NCBI GenBank assembly: GCA_951406725.2
Contig: OX597816.1
Coordinates: forward strand, 68,572,001 to 68,636,000
DNA length: 64,000 nt
Origin: Octopus vulgaris
Lineage: Eukaryota
Reading direction: 5' to 3'
Position numbers and translations under genes: made by a program. The notes under the pieces were generated by a model. That model saw only the letters and a list, made by a program, of their open reading frames with translations, was not told the DNA's origin and did no database searches. Numbering within the stretch: position 1 is the stretch's first letter; each line of letters starts with the position of its first letter. Shown here piece after piece: positions 1 to 15,992 of the stretch.

Positions 1-246
1 TAGTTTAAAGCACGTGTGTAACTTTCCAGTACGTACTGTTTGATATATATATATTACACACACCCACACACACAAACACACATTCAGCAATTTCCGCTAT
101 TCTGTCATTCCACTATTCGCCTTTGAAATCTGGGAGAATTTTCTGTAACTCTTTCTACAGCCACATACGTTTCTTATTGACACACTTCGCAGTTATAGAT
201 GACTCTACATTCAGCTCACATCTATCTATTCAGTTTTTGCGTTAAA

Positions 247-641
247 CTAGCAGTATCACCCGGCGTTGCTCGGGTTTGTTTCGACCCCTTAGAATTGGAA
301 TTTTTGAAACGTAAAAATTTTGTATTATGTAGCTTGTTATTCTCTTTAAGTGAACATTTTTCTGGTTGAAATACACTGAAAAATGGCGACACAGCGGTTA
401 AAAAATCATAAAAAAGTAGGGATTTTCATAGAAAAACAAAGCACCTTTTTGATGTAAATAATTTTTGGTGTTAACATGGTCCGATTTGAAATTTTTGTTC
501 TACGGAAAGAAGAGCAAGCCTTCTTCTATTATACTCTCAATTTTGGTCAACTTGCGCCGCAGGGTCTCGGAGGAGATAGTGTTAGTTGAAGGCTACCAAA
601 CCTGCCATACACAGACAATTTCAGCTTTATATATAGAGAGA
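247..641 (-). mobile_element. Non-autonomous Helitron-like element
   Basis: Minus strand starts TCTCTCTATATATAAA and ends with hairpin CCCGAGCAACGCCGGG followed by CTAG; same termini recur at 21984-22367. Confidence 0.6.
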
Positions 642-1161
642 TATATTTTCATACTGATAAGATTGCAAATATCATTCTGTAGCCATATACGAACCGTTGA
701 CTTTTATTTCGGTCAGGTCTGCCTTTACCTTCTTCAGTTAAGATTTTACTTATATCTATGACGCATTATAAGAACACAAAAGAAAAAAAAAATTTCATTA
801 TCAATTAGTGCTGTTGTTCTTAGCGGTGGGGGATAATAATTGCAAAATTGACCTTGCTGGCATTTGAACTGAATATCAAAAGCTTTTTATCCATAGTTCT
901 GACGATTCTGCCAGATAATGCATCGCCTGAGCGACAGTGATTTAATATGAATATATACAACATGTATATTGAAGCGCTCACGCTGTGGTTTTATGCTCAT
1001 TCATGTAACAAGCAAGAATTCAAACATTTCTTAATAGACAATGCATTACAATGAAGTACAATATAATAGAATGGGTTGTGTAAACATTTCAAGCTGTTGT
1101 GTATTCTTGTAATAGACTTTACGGTAGTTGAACACAATAGAATAAATTCCAATTGTACATG

Positions 1162-1800
<639 letters not shown>

Positions 1801-1917
1801 ATGTCGCAAAAAGAATCCACTATATAATTTATTTCATTTTTTTCATATTAACATGGTAATTCACGATTTCTGCTTTCAAATATCTCAAAAGAGACAATAC
1901 ACACACACACAGACACA

Positions 1918-1972
<55 letters not shown>

Positions 1973-2358
1973 GCGCGCACCCACACATATACACTTCTAT
2001 ATTCCTATGCTGATATATTTATTTTCTCTATTGTAACAATAAAGTTACTACTGCTTCTCATACGATATTTTTGCTTCGATGAAATAACTCTAATTTAATA
2101 AATATATAGAATTAACAACAACAACAACATCAATAAAAAACAACAACAACAACCCACAACACAATGATAATAACCATAATAATAATAATAATGATAATAA
2201 TAATAATAATAATGATAGTATATAATGACATCTTCAGTTATATGTAAAATATCTCTACAGGAATAAAATGTTGATGCAAATCGCTCTTTATAGGGTGATT
2301 TCCGCTACATAGAATAATTCCCAAACTTACTTTAGCTATAAAATTATAGAATATATTC

Positions 2359-2423
<65 letters not shown>

Positions 2424-2573
2424 CACACACACACACACACACATATATATATACATATGTATTGAATGTATATATACGTGCGTCCGTATCTAGTAATCAA
2501 CAAGTGACAAACAATTGAATAATAGAAAATGTATTTAGTCACCAACATAGAAATTGAAGACGTGAATTTGAAA

Positions 2574-2608
<35 letters not shown>

Positions 2609-3269
2609 TACATACATACACACACACATATATATATACATACATTATACATATATATATATATACATACATTATACATACATATATATATATACATTAT
2701 ACATACATATATATATATATATACACACACACACATACATAGTCGTTTGACTTATGATTAGTACATTGCTCTTGGTGATAATTAACCATCAAACACGAGG
2801 GTGTTAGTGATGAAACTAAAAATCGATATCAGTGGGGTTTTGAACTTGCTGCCTAAACGAACTGCAAGAGACACTCCGAATACACACGCGCGCGCAAACA
2901 CACACATATAGCCACACACACACATTTATATATAGTGAAGGCATCTACGTTTCTTATTCGGCGCCGTGTTCTAATACACATTGTTAAATATTAGTTGAAG
3001 ACAGTAATTTTGAGGAGAGGAAAAACAGTCGATTCATCTAATGTTTTACTTCGACGATGAAGAATGTAACATGTGAACTTTTACGGGTTCAGTGAATCTG
3101 GTGGCGAATGGGGGAGACATTAGACCTGATACGTTTTCTAAACGGTGACACAACGAGGTTTCCTAAGTTTTCTATAGTGCGGCTAAGGAGCAGGCTGCAA
3201 TGATCAAAGGCGGCAAGACAACACAGAAGAATGTCAGTAAACGGTTTATCAAAATGATTAGTCCACACC

Positions 3270-3482
3270 AATCCCTAAAGCGCATAAGGCCGGCTTCTCA
3301 GTTTCTCCGCCGCGTGGCGTAGTGGTTGGGGAGTTGGACTTACGATCGTAAGATTATGGTTTCAATTCCTGGACCGAGCAATCCATTGTGTTTTTGAGAA
3401 AAAACCCTTCATTTCACGCTGCTTCAGTCGTCTTAGCTGGTTAAAATGAATAATCCTGGGGTGCACAAGCGTCCCGTCCAGG
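3270..3482 (+). mobile_element. tRNA-derived SINE, family C (degenerate)
   Basis: A/B-box-like head (GGCGTAGTGG...GTTTCAATTCC); homologous to 42749-43190. Confidence 0.6.
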
Positions 3483-3597
3483 TAGGAAACTACCACGATA
3501 AAGATGGTTGCCCGAAACAGGAGGAAAATTGTGGACAACGAGAACTGCGATGGAGTTGGGAAGTATCTGCAGGATTTTTTTTTAGGCTCTGAAAGCT

Positions 3598-3965
3598 TCT
3601 TTCCTATACCTATTTCTTTACTACCCACAAGGGGCTAAACACAGAGGGGACAAACGAGGACAGACAAACGGATTAAGTCGATCACATCGACCCCAGTTCT
3701 TATTTAATCGACCCCAAAAGGATGAAAGGCAAAGTCGACCTCGGCGGAATTTGAACTCAGAACGTAGCGGCAGACGAAATTTCTATTTCTTTACTACCCA
3801 CGAGGGGCCAAACACAGAGGGGACAAACAAGAACAGACAAACGGATTAAGTCGATTATATCGACCCCAGTGTGTAACTGGTACTTATTCAATCGACCCCG
3901 AAAGGATGAAAGGCAAAGTCGACCTTGGCGGAATTTGAACTCAGAACGTAGCGGCAGACGAAATT
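3598..3965 (-). mobile_element. SINE family A (MetaSINE-like core), two tandem units
   Basis: Reverse complement of GCCTTTCATCCTTTCGGGGTCGAT core and B box GAGTTCAAATTCC, duplicated in tandem. Confidence 0.8.
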
Positions 3966-6021
3966 CCAGTAGAAATTTAAAGTAGAGGGTTTATTGGAAA
4001 TAGACTTAGAGCAACGGTGTAATCAATCAGCACGAATTGTCCTTAAGCTAATGCCATCTTGAAAGAAATCAGATGAAAAGTTGAAAGTATCATCCATGGG
4101 ATATGCTTGAAAAGAGATAATATCTGGAAAGTGAAGTGATGTATATATGTGAGGAAGATGCTTGTTTTCCTATATGGTAAGTCAAACTTGTATAACTCTA
4201 CAATTTGAACTATGCTGATTATCCCGAGATGGACGTCTGATCGAATAGTAGTCAGTCTATTCGTAAAGCCGTTGAGGGAGGATCGTGAAGTGTTACGCAT
4301 TCTCTCTTGATCACTCCCGATACCTACTGACGTCCAGTAAACGAAACTTCTATTGGGAGCACTTGTACATGCTAGCTGCTTGCTAGTCTAAGTGGCAGCC
4401 AATGTTTTAAATATCCAGGAACAATTTTTATTCAAATTAATTTTGCTACGCACCCGATGATTTGGTCTACTCAATACAACGGTTTAGTAACAATGAACTC
4501 ATTAACTTAATTTGTCTCTTAAGTGGGGGATAAAATTTAATGGAGCATGCAGCTACATCTGCTTTAGTTAACAGCAAATTCGGTTATAAATTTGTGACTA
4601 TCAGCTTTGTCAAGAAATAGTCGTCCAACTTTACTTGAGCGCTTCGACCCTCTAATACTATGTCACTAGTTGGCGAGGAGTCACAGTCACTCTCCTAGCG
4701 TATAACAGGATTAAAAATTTATTCAATGAGACAGTTGAAACTGTTCTTTGATATTTTATTTTGAATCAGATTAGAAAAAAAAATCGACTTAAAAAATATG
4801 TTTACTATTCCTGACGACTTGGAGACTATAGAATATTTTAAAGCTTAATTGTATCATATATATCGTGAGTAAGTATATATTTTACATTGCAACATCTTTA
4901 AATTTTGAAATTAGTCTACATATCCTCAATACGCACTTTGTTGGAACACCCAAGTTGGGAAACAGCTAAGACCAATTTAAATATCGAGCAATACCCAGAC
5001 TGCAGAGATGGTCCGTATTCTTGCAATAAAGTGGACCCTGCTAAAGGTATCCGAAGGATCATCTATGCACAAATGACAGTTGATGGCCACTGGCGTCTGT
5101 GTAATTGACTTGTTCCTTCTCCTCAACATTACTGACCTTCTAGCTTGCAACGGCCTGCCAACGGTTTATGAGAACGTTGTGACTTTGTCGATAAAAATGA
5201 AAAAGTAAGGCTACAGTGCAGACAGTACCAGCATTGAACCTATAGCACCACCATACTTACACTGATTACCTCATTACATATGTGTACTTATTTTATTAGT
5301 TTCGAATTTTAAAATGAAAGGATGGTTTGGCAGATCCATACACGGACTAGTTATATACCGTAAGGCATGGTTGTTGCCACTCTACCAAATTTGGTAATTA
5401 ACCACAGTCACACACTCCGAGATTATTGTAACGTACAGCTATTGCAATAGACCCGAGAATATCACAAACAAGAAATGCCTACGACATTGAGAAACGACAC
5501 CGAAAGCTTATCAGAAAGTTACATAATTCTTTGGACAGCTCCTAAAAATTTAGAACTTTTAATTATATGGCTTAATACTTGTCGAAAATGTGCATATAAA
5601 TGTCAAAGTAATGTCAGAAGAATGACAGGAAAATTCTCTTATATATATAATCAATGCGGGAATATATCTATCTACTTACTTCCCTACATAGCTACCTCCC
5701 TACTTAATCAGCCCGTACCATATACTTATGTACCTAACTTACACACCTCTCTAACTTTCTATTTGTGTTTCAGTAAATATATTTATTGATTTATCCGATT
5801 ATTGATTCGTATATCTATCCAACGTCTTACTAACATATACTTTACATACATATCATTATACGTATTTAACACTTTCTCTCCTTCGCAGTCTCTCCTTTTG
5901 TGAACCCATACGTGCTTTATATGTGGGTATACGCATTTAAATACACACAGGTGTGTGTATGTGTGTGTGTGTGTGTGTGCTGTCGTATGCCTAGCTCATT
6001 TGTCTGATACATATATATATG

Positions 6022-6307
6022 TGCTTGTTCCTTCTCGAGCCACGCCTGGCTCATTAGAGCCGGTTTCCCGGTTTCCTTGGCGTATTAGGTTCCCCACCTG
6101 GACGGGACGCCGGTCCGTCGCAGGTGAGCTGCAAGATGCAGGAGGAAAGAGTGAGAGAAAGTTGTGGCAAAAGAGTTGTGGCAGAAGTTCGACATTACCT
6201 CCTGCGTGGAGCTTAGGTGTTTCGCTCATAAACACACACATCGCCCGGTCTGAGATTCGAACCCGCGATCCCTGGACCGCGAGTCCGCTGCTCTGGGCCA
6301 TGCGCCT

Positions 6308-6310
<3 letters not shown>
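6022..6310 (-). mobile_element. tRNA(Arg)-like-headed SINE, family D
   Basis: Head GGAGGCGCATGGCCCAG..GGACTCGCGG..GGTTCGAATC on minus strand; homologues at 32175, 40802 and 59380. Confidence 0.75.
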
Positions 6311-6388
<78 letters not shown>

Positions 6389-6777
6389 CAAATGAGTTAG
6401 GCATACGACAGCGCATTCATATGCACTCCACTCCAGACACACACACTCATACAGTTTCTGGTAGTTTTTTTAAGGTATCGGCACTTCGTTTCCGCCCTTG
6501 CTTGCTCCCTTGATATAATTATATACATATGCACATTATTACTACCTTAAAGTATAAATTGCCTACACATTTTTTTAGCATGCTGACTACTTGATAAAAA
6601 TCATTATTTTTTGCTTTAATCCTGAAATTGGAACCAATTCACAGTTAACGTGAGGTCTTTTTAATTTTCTCTCACTAGCCTGCGGGCAGCCATTTGTATA
6701 TTTATCTGGAGTTTCTGGTAGTATTTTGAAGGTATCGGCACTTCAAGCGTGCTGGAGTCAGGTCATTTTCGCCATTG

Positions 6778-6830
<53 letters not shown>

Positions 6831-6860
6831 CAAAATAAACAACAAGGATATCCAGAGGTA

Positions 6861-6949
6861 ATGCAGTACGATCGTTTCAGGCGACTCCATTTAATTGAAA
6901 AATGCAATCATTACATCAATTTAAGATGTAGAGCAATCTTCAGCTGCAT
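6861..6949 (-). ncRNA. Type I hammerhead-like ribozyme in a (TA)n-flanked element
   Basis: Minus strand: atgcag CTGAAGA ... GAAA cgatcg TA ctgcat; 6-bp stem I, palindromic stem III, weak stem II base; homologous to 19678-19767. Confidence 0.6.
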
Positions 6950-7500
6950 AAAAACATAGATTATAATTAAATTTCAAGGATACATTAGTATAATTTTATC
7001 CAAAATCTCCAAGAGGAGAAGAAGATAGACAAAGAGCATGTTTTACCAACAACCTCACAGTTGTAACCGAAATCTTTTTCAAAAATAACACTGCTTTTCG
7101 CTGATTATTTGTGTTATTTAGATTTAATTACGGTGTTGGGATCAGTTTTAATTTTTTTAGGCTAGTTTATCAAATCTGAGAGAAGACAGAGGATAGTTTC
7201 AGTTTGGGGTGGGGTAGAGTAGATAGACATCCTAAATCAAGATTTATTTGAAGCAATGCCATTAGGTTTATGAAAAGAATACTTCAAACAAAATTTTGGC
7301 TTCTATTAAGCAGACCAATGCTAATGGGACAGGGGACGTCTTAACATATAGTACTACAATTAACTACTATAAAATAATGTTGCTATATATATATAGATAA
7401 ACTTCAGGGGTATTCCAAAGATTATTAAGAAGAATATTTATGAATTCTTTCAGTATATGTCAAAAATAGAGAGACAGAAAATATAGAAATAGTAAGGGTG

Positions 7501-7559
<59 letters not shown>

Positions 7560-8142
7560 TAGGAAGTTAAAAGTTGTGGCAGTTCATGGAGTGATAATTG
7601 GTTTCACACCTATTGAACGGTTGACAGCGTAGGCGACTCGTCAGTCTCGAATGGTTGAGAACACATAACGTCTCTACAACTAGAGGAAGAAAGGCGTAAT
7701 GGTCAGTTGTTTTACAAGCGAACATATACAAAAAAATAAATGTCCGTGGTGGAAGCGGAATGGGGTTCTCTCCCTTACATCGGCTCCGGTGGATCTAGTC
7801 AACGAATGGCAAATTCTGAGTTTGTGATAGGAAACGTTTTAGATGGGAACATACCTAATCAAAACCACTACAATTGTTTCGGCCATTCTCGCATAAGTTT
7901 TGAAACAATTGTAGTGATTTCGAATCTGTTTAATTCCATTTCTGTCTCTGATCTATCTATATAAATTCTACGGTTACTTTGGAATTCCTGAAATATATCC
8001 AACAGCATGTGAATTTCTAGATATGATAACATCAGGCATCCAATAATTGTGGATGAGCTTTGCTACAGGACTTTACGAGATCTTTACCTGAAACCCACTT
8101 GCCTATATATATATATATATGTGTGTGTGTCTACACACACAG

Positions 8143-8372
8143 AAGGCGGCGAGCTGGCAGAATCGTTAGCATGCCGGGCGAAATGCATAGCCGTATTTCG
8201 TTTGCCTTTACGTTCTGAGTTCAAACCCCGCCGAGGTCAACTTTGCCTATCATACTTTCGGGGTCGATAAATAAAGTTCCAGTTACGCACTGGGGTTGAT
8301 GTAATCAACTTAATCCCTTTGTGTGTCTTTTTTTGTCCCCTCTGTGTGTAGCCCCTTGTGGGCAATAAAGAA
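8143..8372 (+). mobile_element. SINE family A (MetaSINE-like)
   Basis: Head GGCGGCGAGCTGGCAGAATCG, B box and core present. Confidence 0.8.
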
Positions 8373-9223
8373 ATATATATGTATACACACACAGACGCGC
8401 ACACATATGTAGGTAAGTATCTGTTTCTTTCTCTTGCCTTCGCTTTCTACACACACAAACACACAGAGACACACATGTATATGCATCTGATCACGTTTAA
8501 TAAAGTAAAGCAAATTTAACTCTTATCATTTCTTGTATTGCTTACACATAACGTGAGTACACGTATTCGTTGCTGTCTGCTTCACGACGACACACTTATA
8601 TTCAATATATTTTCTGAAATAAGATTTGCCTTTAGCGTCTCTTGAATTTTTCTTTTTTCATTTTTTTTTTTTTTTTTTGAAGATTCCTCCTTTCTCTCAT
8701 GAGGCAGCAGGTGTTCTGCAGTATATTTGCTACCTCGTTTAACTAAAATGTAGTTGATACATCTTGCGTGTACAGACAGTGTACATATTGCTTTTTTTTG
8801 TTTTGTTTCGTATTATTGCTTTTAAGTTGGGTTGAAAGTCATAATAAATATGTGAGTGTGCATGTGGGTGCACGCGCGTGCGTAGGTTCAGATATATATT
8901 TTCATGTATGTATATATGTATGTATACTTTTATATACATATTTGATTATGATATATGTTAGCTAACATACTCATAATCAAATATGTATATAAAAGTATAA
9001 GGCATATGCGCACGTGCGCATATGCCTTATATAAATATCTCTATGTTCACACAAAAATATGTACACGCCTTTGTGTATGTATTGAATATATACTTAAATG
9101 AATATAAATATATATATATATACAAATATATGTATATATATATATACATATATATATATATACATACATATATATATACATAGATATACATATATATATA
9201 TACATATATAAATATATATATAC

Positions 9224-9274
<51 letters not shown>

Positions 9275-9390
9275 CACATAAATATACATATGTATATACA
9301 TATATATTTACATATATATATACATAAATATACATATATATACATAAATATACATATAAATAAATATTTATATACATATATACACATATT

Positions 9391-9437
<47 letters not shown>

Positions 9438-9497
9438 GCTTATATACATACATACATTTATGTATACATATATACATAAACATACATACACACGCAC

Positions 9498-9545
<48 letters not shown>

Positions 9546-9709
9546 ATGCTAATACATATTTTACACATTATAATGTATTTATACATGACGATACTAATAA
9601 TCCTATGACAACACTTAATGTATATACACTTTCAAATAAATGTTAGTTGCGTTCCGAACATATGAAATTAAATGAAAAGGAAAAAGGAAATTGTGCGATG
9701 AACTTCATT

Positions 9710-9779
9710 AGCTTGCAGCTATTTCTGCTATAGGATGCTGTGCTCTCATGGCTGAGTGATTGTGCATCACATCAGAGCT
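9710..9779 (-). ncRNA. Degenerate hammerhead-like motif
   Basis: Minus strand: agct CTGATGTGA tgc...gca GAAA tagctg CA agct; core imperfect. Confidence 0.3.
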
Positions 9780-10304
9780 TTCTCGGAGCTTTTAAAATGA
9801 TGTTTAAGTATATTTGTGTAAGCATTTACATATAGGGATCATATCTCCGTCGAAACAAAAATACCTAAGAAACGGTATATAGAATTTGAACGATGAAAAC
9901 CACTCCCAGAAATATGTAGGCACACGACGAAGGCACACAGCGAAGCGTATGTAAAGAATTATTCATACGCATAAATAACAAAAATAACGAAGGGGAATTC
10001 ACAATGTTCACATGACCGTAGGAACCCAGAGAGAAAAATGTCAATGAAGAGAGATAGAATGTGACAGAATTAAAAATGAGAGAATGAGAGAGAAGGGGAG
10101 GGGAGAGAAGCGAAGAAAAAAAAGAAAAGTAAAGCGAAAAGATAAAGCACAAAAAAGATGCCTGCTAAGGTCGTAAGGCAGTTCGCAAGATTACATGTTT
10201 TAAAGATTCCAACTAGATTTGACAACAGGCCAGTATCTGAGTTCCTCAACATTTTCAAGCATTTTCACCCTTGCACCCTTAATATAATCATATATATATA
10301 ATAA

Positions 10305-10545
10305 CATGCGCCCTTTTCAAGCCTAGCCAGGCTCATGGGCCCAGTTTCTATGGCGTATATGTTCTCCAGCTGGACGGGGCGCCAGTCCATCGCAGTGTTA
10401 CTCATTTTTGCCATCTGAGTGGACTGAAGCAACGTAAAATGAAGGGTTTTGCTCAAGAACACAACGAGTCGCCCGGTCCAGGAATCGAAACCACAATCTT
10501 ATGATCATGATGCTGACACCCTAACCACAGAGCCACCCGCCTCCA
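10305..10545 (-). mobile_element. SINE family C
   Basis: Homologous to 17390-17615 and 42749-43190. Confidence 0.75.
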
Positions 10546-10720
<175 letters not shown>

Positions 10721-10724
10721 TATT

Positions 10725-11769
10725 CTAGCTGAGGTACCCGGTAATAAATTGGTGTTAGTAAGATATCTGTTTATAGCCATGAAACATTTTTCGTCAAATT
10801 TCGGGATTTTTCAAGAATTTATAGTCTATATTCATGGGTAGTACCTATTTGACAAAAAAAAACAAAAAACAAAAAAAGTGCTGAGTCTGTTAGCGAACCC
10901 GTGTCGTCGTCATTTTTTATGCATGTGCGTAAAATGCCTAAATTTTTCTTGGGAAATAAAATGATCTTACCTAATGAAAACCTGAAACGCTGGGGAATTA
11001 AAAGAACGAATTGAAATAGTATGTTTTAGCAAATCAAAACAATTCGCATTGCTATGAAAAATTAGTAAATGCTAAATAGATTACCGTTAATATGTCTTTT
11101 GACAGTCTTCAAACATTTTGCGTCAGATTCCAGCATTTTTCAAAAGATTAAACCTTTATTTATGTGTTGGAGCAATTTGACGAAAAAAATTAGCAGAATC
11201 TGGTAGCGAACCCGTGTCGTCGTAGTATTTTTTTTTTTTTTTTTTTTTTTGGATGTGCGTAAAATGGCAAAATTTTACGCTTTGCGGCAGATTTCGTCGA
11301 GTTGATGTCACGACGGGTAGTGTGCAAAATGCCTAAATTGTGTTTGGGGAAAAGAAATGCACTTACCTATTTAAAACCTGAAACACTGGGGGATTAAAAA
11401 AACCAATTGAAATACTAAGTTTTAAGAAATCGAAACAATTCGTAGTGAAATGAAGAATTAGCAAATGCTAAATAGATTGCCGTTAATAGAGCTGTCTGTT
11501 TATACCCAAGAAACATTTTTCGTCAAATTTGGGCACTTTTAGTCAAATTGATGTTACGATGGCTAGTGCGAAAAATGCCGAAATTTTACGATTTTTGAAA
11601 AACCGATGCTGATCAAAAATCGATTTTTAAAAAATTCGAAGTGCGTAAGTGACCACATAGGCATAAGCCCCACACGCGTGTCAAGTTTTATCAAGGTCAG
11701 TTGGATAGTCTCGGAGGAATTATAGTAAAAAATTCACAAACACACAAACTTGCCATTTATTATTATAGA
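10725..11769 (-). mobile_element. Helitron-like non-autonomous element with an internal tandem duplication
   Basis: Minus strand runs TCTATAATAATAAA ... CTAG; the block containing TAGCGAACCCGTGTCGTCGT and GCTAAATAGATT occurs twice. Confidence 0.5.
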
Positions 11770-11772
11770 TAT

Positions 11773-12896
<1,124 letters not shown>

Positions 12897-12919
12897 TATA
12901 TATGTATATATTATTTCGT

Positions 12920-13320
12920 TCGTCTCAGGCAGGGTATTGAAGAGCTGTGGGCTATTAAACACTAAGCTGTTGCAGTACTGGTCCTAAATATAGTTGGAGT
13001 GGATAGTGCCTTTGGTACAATAAAGTGGTGCTCAGCTCTGGCGTTTGTGTAACACTCAATGCCGAAATTAGATATTAGACCTTCTAGAGTTTTCCATATG
13101 AAGATTGTTACATATCTGTCGTTCCTTCGCTCCAGGAAGTAACGTTGCAGATTTTTCAACCTCACCCTATAGCTCATCCGCTGTACTATTTCAATATTCT
13201 TTTTAATGTAGAGGCGTTGAACCCTTTCATGCTCCGCTGTTAGTTTGGCACTATATGGTGACCACAGCTAGGCTCAGGAGTCCAGCCGGCTGAAAACAAA
13301 TGTCCTCCACAGGGTCAACA
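12920..13320 (-). mobile_element. CR1/L2-type LINE, 3' fragment of ORF2
   Basis: Translations LTLWRTFVFSRLD..LWSP..ERVQR and SYRVRLKNLQ..LERRNDRY..FIWKTLEGL resemble the CR1-group RT C-terminus. Confidence 0.7.
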
Positions 13321-13326
13321 TAATTT

Positions 13327-13548
13327 CTTATTTCTTTATTGCCCACAAGGGGTTAAACGAAGAGGGGACAAACAAGGTCAGACAAGGAGATTAAGTCGAT
13401 TACATCGGCCCTAGTGCGTAACTGGTACTTAATTTATCAACCCCGAAAGGATGAAAGGCAAAGTCAACCTCGGTGGAATTTGAACTCAGAATGTAACAGC
13501 AGATAAATACCGCTAGGTATTTCGCCAGACATGCTAACATTTCTGCCA
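13327..13548 (-). mobile_element. SINE family A
   Basis: Homologous to 8143-8372. Confidence 0.8.
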
Positions 13549-14679
13549 GATCACAACCTTCATAACTTCTTGGTTCTTGTCTTGAAGGACCTTTGTATCC
13601 ATCCTACCAGTTGTTTGCCCTTTCCTGCCTGGACGCAAACACACAAACACTGGTTGTCAAGCAGTGGGGAGGGGACAAACACATACACACACACACACAC
13701 ATATAGGCGTGCGTATGTATGTATGTATGTATGTATGTATGTATGTATGTATGTATGTATGTATGTATGTATGTATATATATATATATATGTGTGTGTGT
13801 GTATGTATGTATAAATTCTTTACACATTGCCTTGAATGAATGATACTTTTACAGAAGTGATGTGTTAATATTCGGAATTCTAATGCATATTGCAGTAACA
13901 GCTGTATATAACAGGTTTCAGAACTTAAGTCTTCTACTTTCTGTTTCCGAGTGAAATCAATAGAGAAACAAGAACAATACAATTTCTTACAAAGTATAAA
14001 AGAAAGAAAGAAAGAAAAAAATGCTCTTCACTGAGCAAAGTTGTATTGTGTGGCATTGCATACTAAGTCTACAATGAAGTACCTGGAGGAATAAACTAGA
14101 TAGCGAAATTCTACCATGAGTTGAAAAAAAACAAAAACTTCTTGGAAGTTTCACCCAGTCTGACTATTTATTTCTTTCTCTTCATCTTCGCGCTTCTATC
14201 CGTCTATCCGTCTCGTTCTCTGCTCATTTAGACTTCAACAATGATCATACATGAAATGCTTCAGGCCGACTTAAAATGGCCCTCATTATCATAATTATGC
14301 TTATTTAGATAAGACATGTAAATTCATCATAGTCAGGACACATGGCGGTTTGCTCCTGGCATTACTGTCCAACACAGGCGTTTATGCGTTTTCACTAGTT
14401 TAAACAGTACAATGAACAGATATAGGATCATTAGAACATTAAAACGTACAAATGCATTCGCCGATACACACACACACACACGATTTTATCTTTTATTCTT
14501 TTACTTGTTCCAGATATTGAAATGAAGGACAATTGCAAAGTTTGGTGCTTATTTAATTGTTCTTTTTGCCGAATTGCTAATACTTTGGTGACATTAAACA
14601 TACTAAAGCAGGTTTTTAAGCATTGACAAATAAGCACAAAATACGTATATGCACACACACAAATACACACACACACACA

Positions 14680-14962
14680 CATGGCTGTGTGATAAGAAGC
14701 ATGTTTCTTAACCACGCGGTTCCGGGTTCAGTCCCCCTGCGTGTCAACTTGGGCAAATGGCTTCTACTTTAACCTCGGGCCAACCAAAGCCTTGTGAGTG
14801 GATTTGGTAGACGGAAACTGAAAGGCGCCTGTCGTGTATATATCCCCGAAAGGATGAAAGGCAAAGTCGACCGCGGGAGAATTTGAACACAGAACGCAGC
14901 GCCGAGGGAAATACTGCTAAGCATTTCGTACGGCTTAATAACGATTCTGCCAACTCGCTACC
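14680..14962. mobile_element. SINE family B head (+) abutting a SINE family A head (-)
   Basis: GGCTGTGTGATAAG...GGGCAAATGGCTTCTAC followed by CCCCGAAAGGATGAAAGGC. Confidence 0.7.
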
Positions 14963-15178
14963 ATCGTGCTCCTTAATATCGAAACTACAAAGGCGGTGTT
15001 ATTTCTTTTAGGTTCGGATTTCTGTGTTCACAAATAAGAAATGCCTAATTTAGAAAGAGTAGTGTTTTACGCATCGTAAAAAGCCCTAGAAGGAACATTT
15101 AAATTTAAACTGCATATTCAATTTCTTTCTTTGAAGTTCATCTCTCTCTCCGTCTCTATCTCTCTCTTTGTTTCTCTG

Positions 15179-15219
<41 letters not shown>

Positions 15220-15899
15220 ACAAATATGCTTACATACATATAACTGTGTGTGTCTGTGTGTATTTATTTCTGTCAAGTCAAAGTCAATTTATGCCTTCGC
15301 TTTAAGGCAAACGAGGAAACAAAAGAGGTAATTCTATACAGCTGCATTAATTTCACACTAGAAGTTCTAAAAATCGCCGACAAACTTCGACGACGCCAAC
15401 GCATTGGCCATCCACCAATTAAGTTACGTCACAGCGGAAGAGTCCACTTTTGAGAATCAGGAAGTGGTTGAGCTTTGAAAGCTTGCCTGTTTGAAGCTAC
15501 AATGGATTACTATTTAAATCTACAACACAGTAACGGCTTACATACATCGAACATTGCAACCGTGCGCGCATGCACTTTCTATCTCTCTCTTACAAACACG
15601 CACACAGACACACACACATGTCTCGAACACTACATTCATTCAAACTCGACCTCACGAACACATAAACACAGAGGCACGCAGACATTCTTTTTCCATCACA
15701 AAAATAAATTAGAAATTGCTTTGTCACACGCAACATGCAGAGGTCAAAGATCTTATATATTTGTCGAATGTATATGACGGTTGCATGAACCTAAACAAGT
15801 CACGTGCCAGTTACCTTTACTAAAGTCACTGCTCTCGTATCTCACATTCGTGACGATCTTTTTATAACATTCAACAAAACCATTCTCAAAGGGACATAC

Positions 15900-15992
15900 C
15901 TCCAAAGCTCCAGCCCTGTCCATGTTCCTAATTCAGCCACATAATCTACATAGCGGCAATAAAATCTTCCAATATCTAACTGCATTGGGGCT
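15900..15992 (-). other. Candidate 93-nt host exon
   Basis: Non-repetitive block bounded on the minus strand by ttttccag| and |gtatgt; open in one frame (APMQLDIGRFYCRYVDYVAELGTWTGLELW), or 5'UTR plus MDRAGALE in another. Confidence 0.3.

Noticed and set aside
5040-5110. Minus-strand TDASG peptide suggesting Ty3/Gypsy RNase H
   Set aside because: Followed by a stop and lacks the other RNase H motifs
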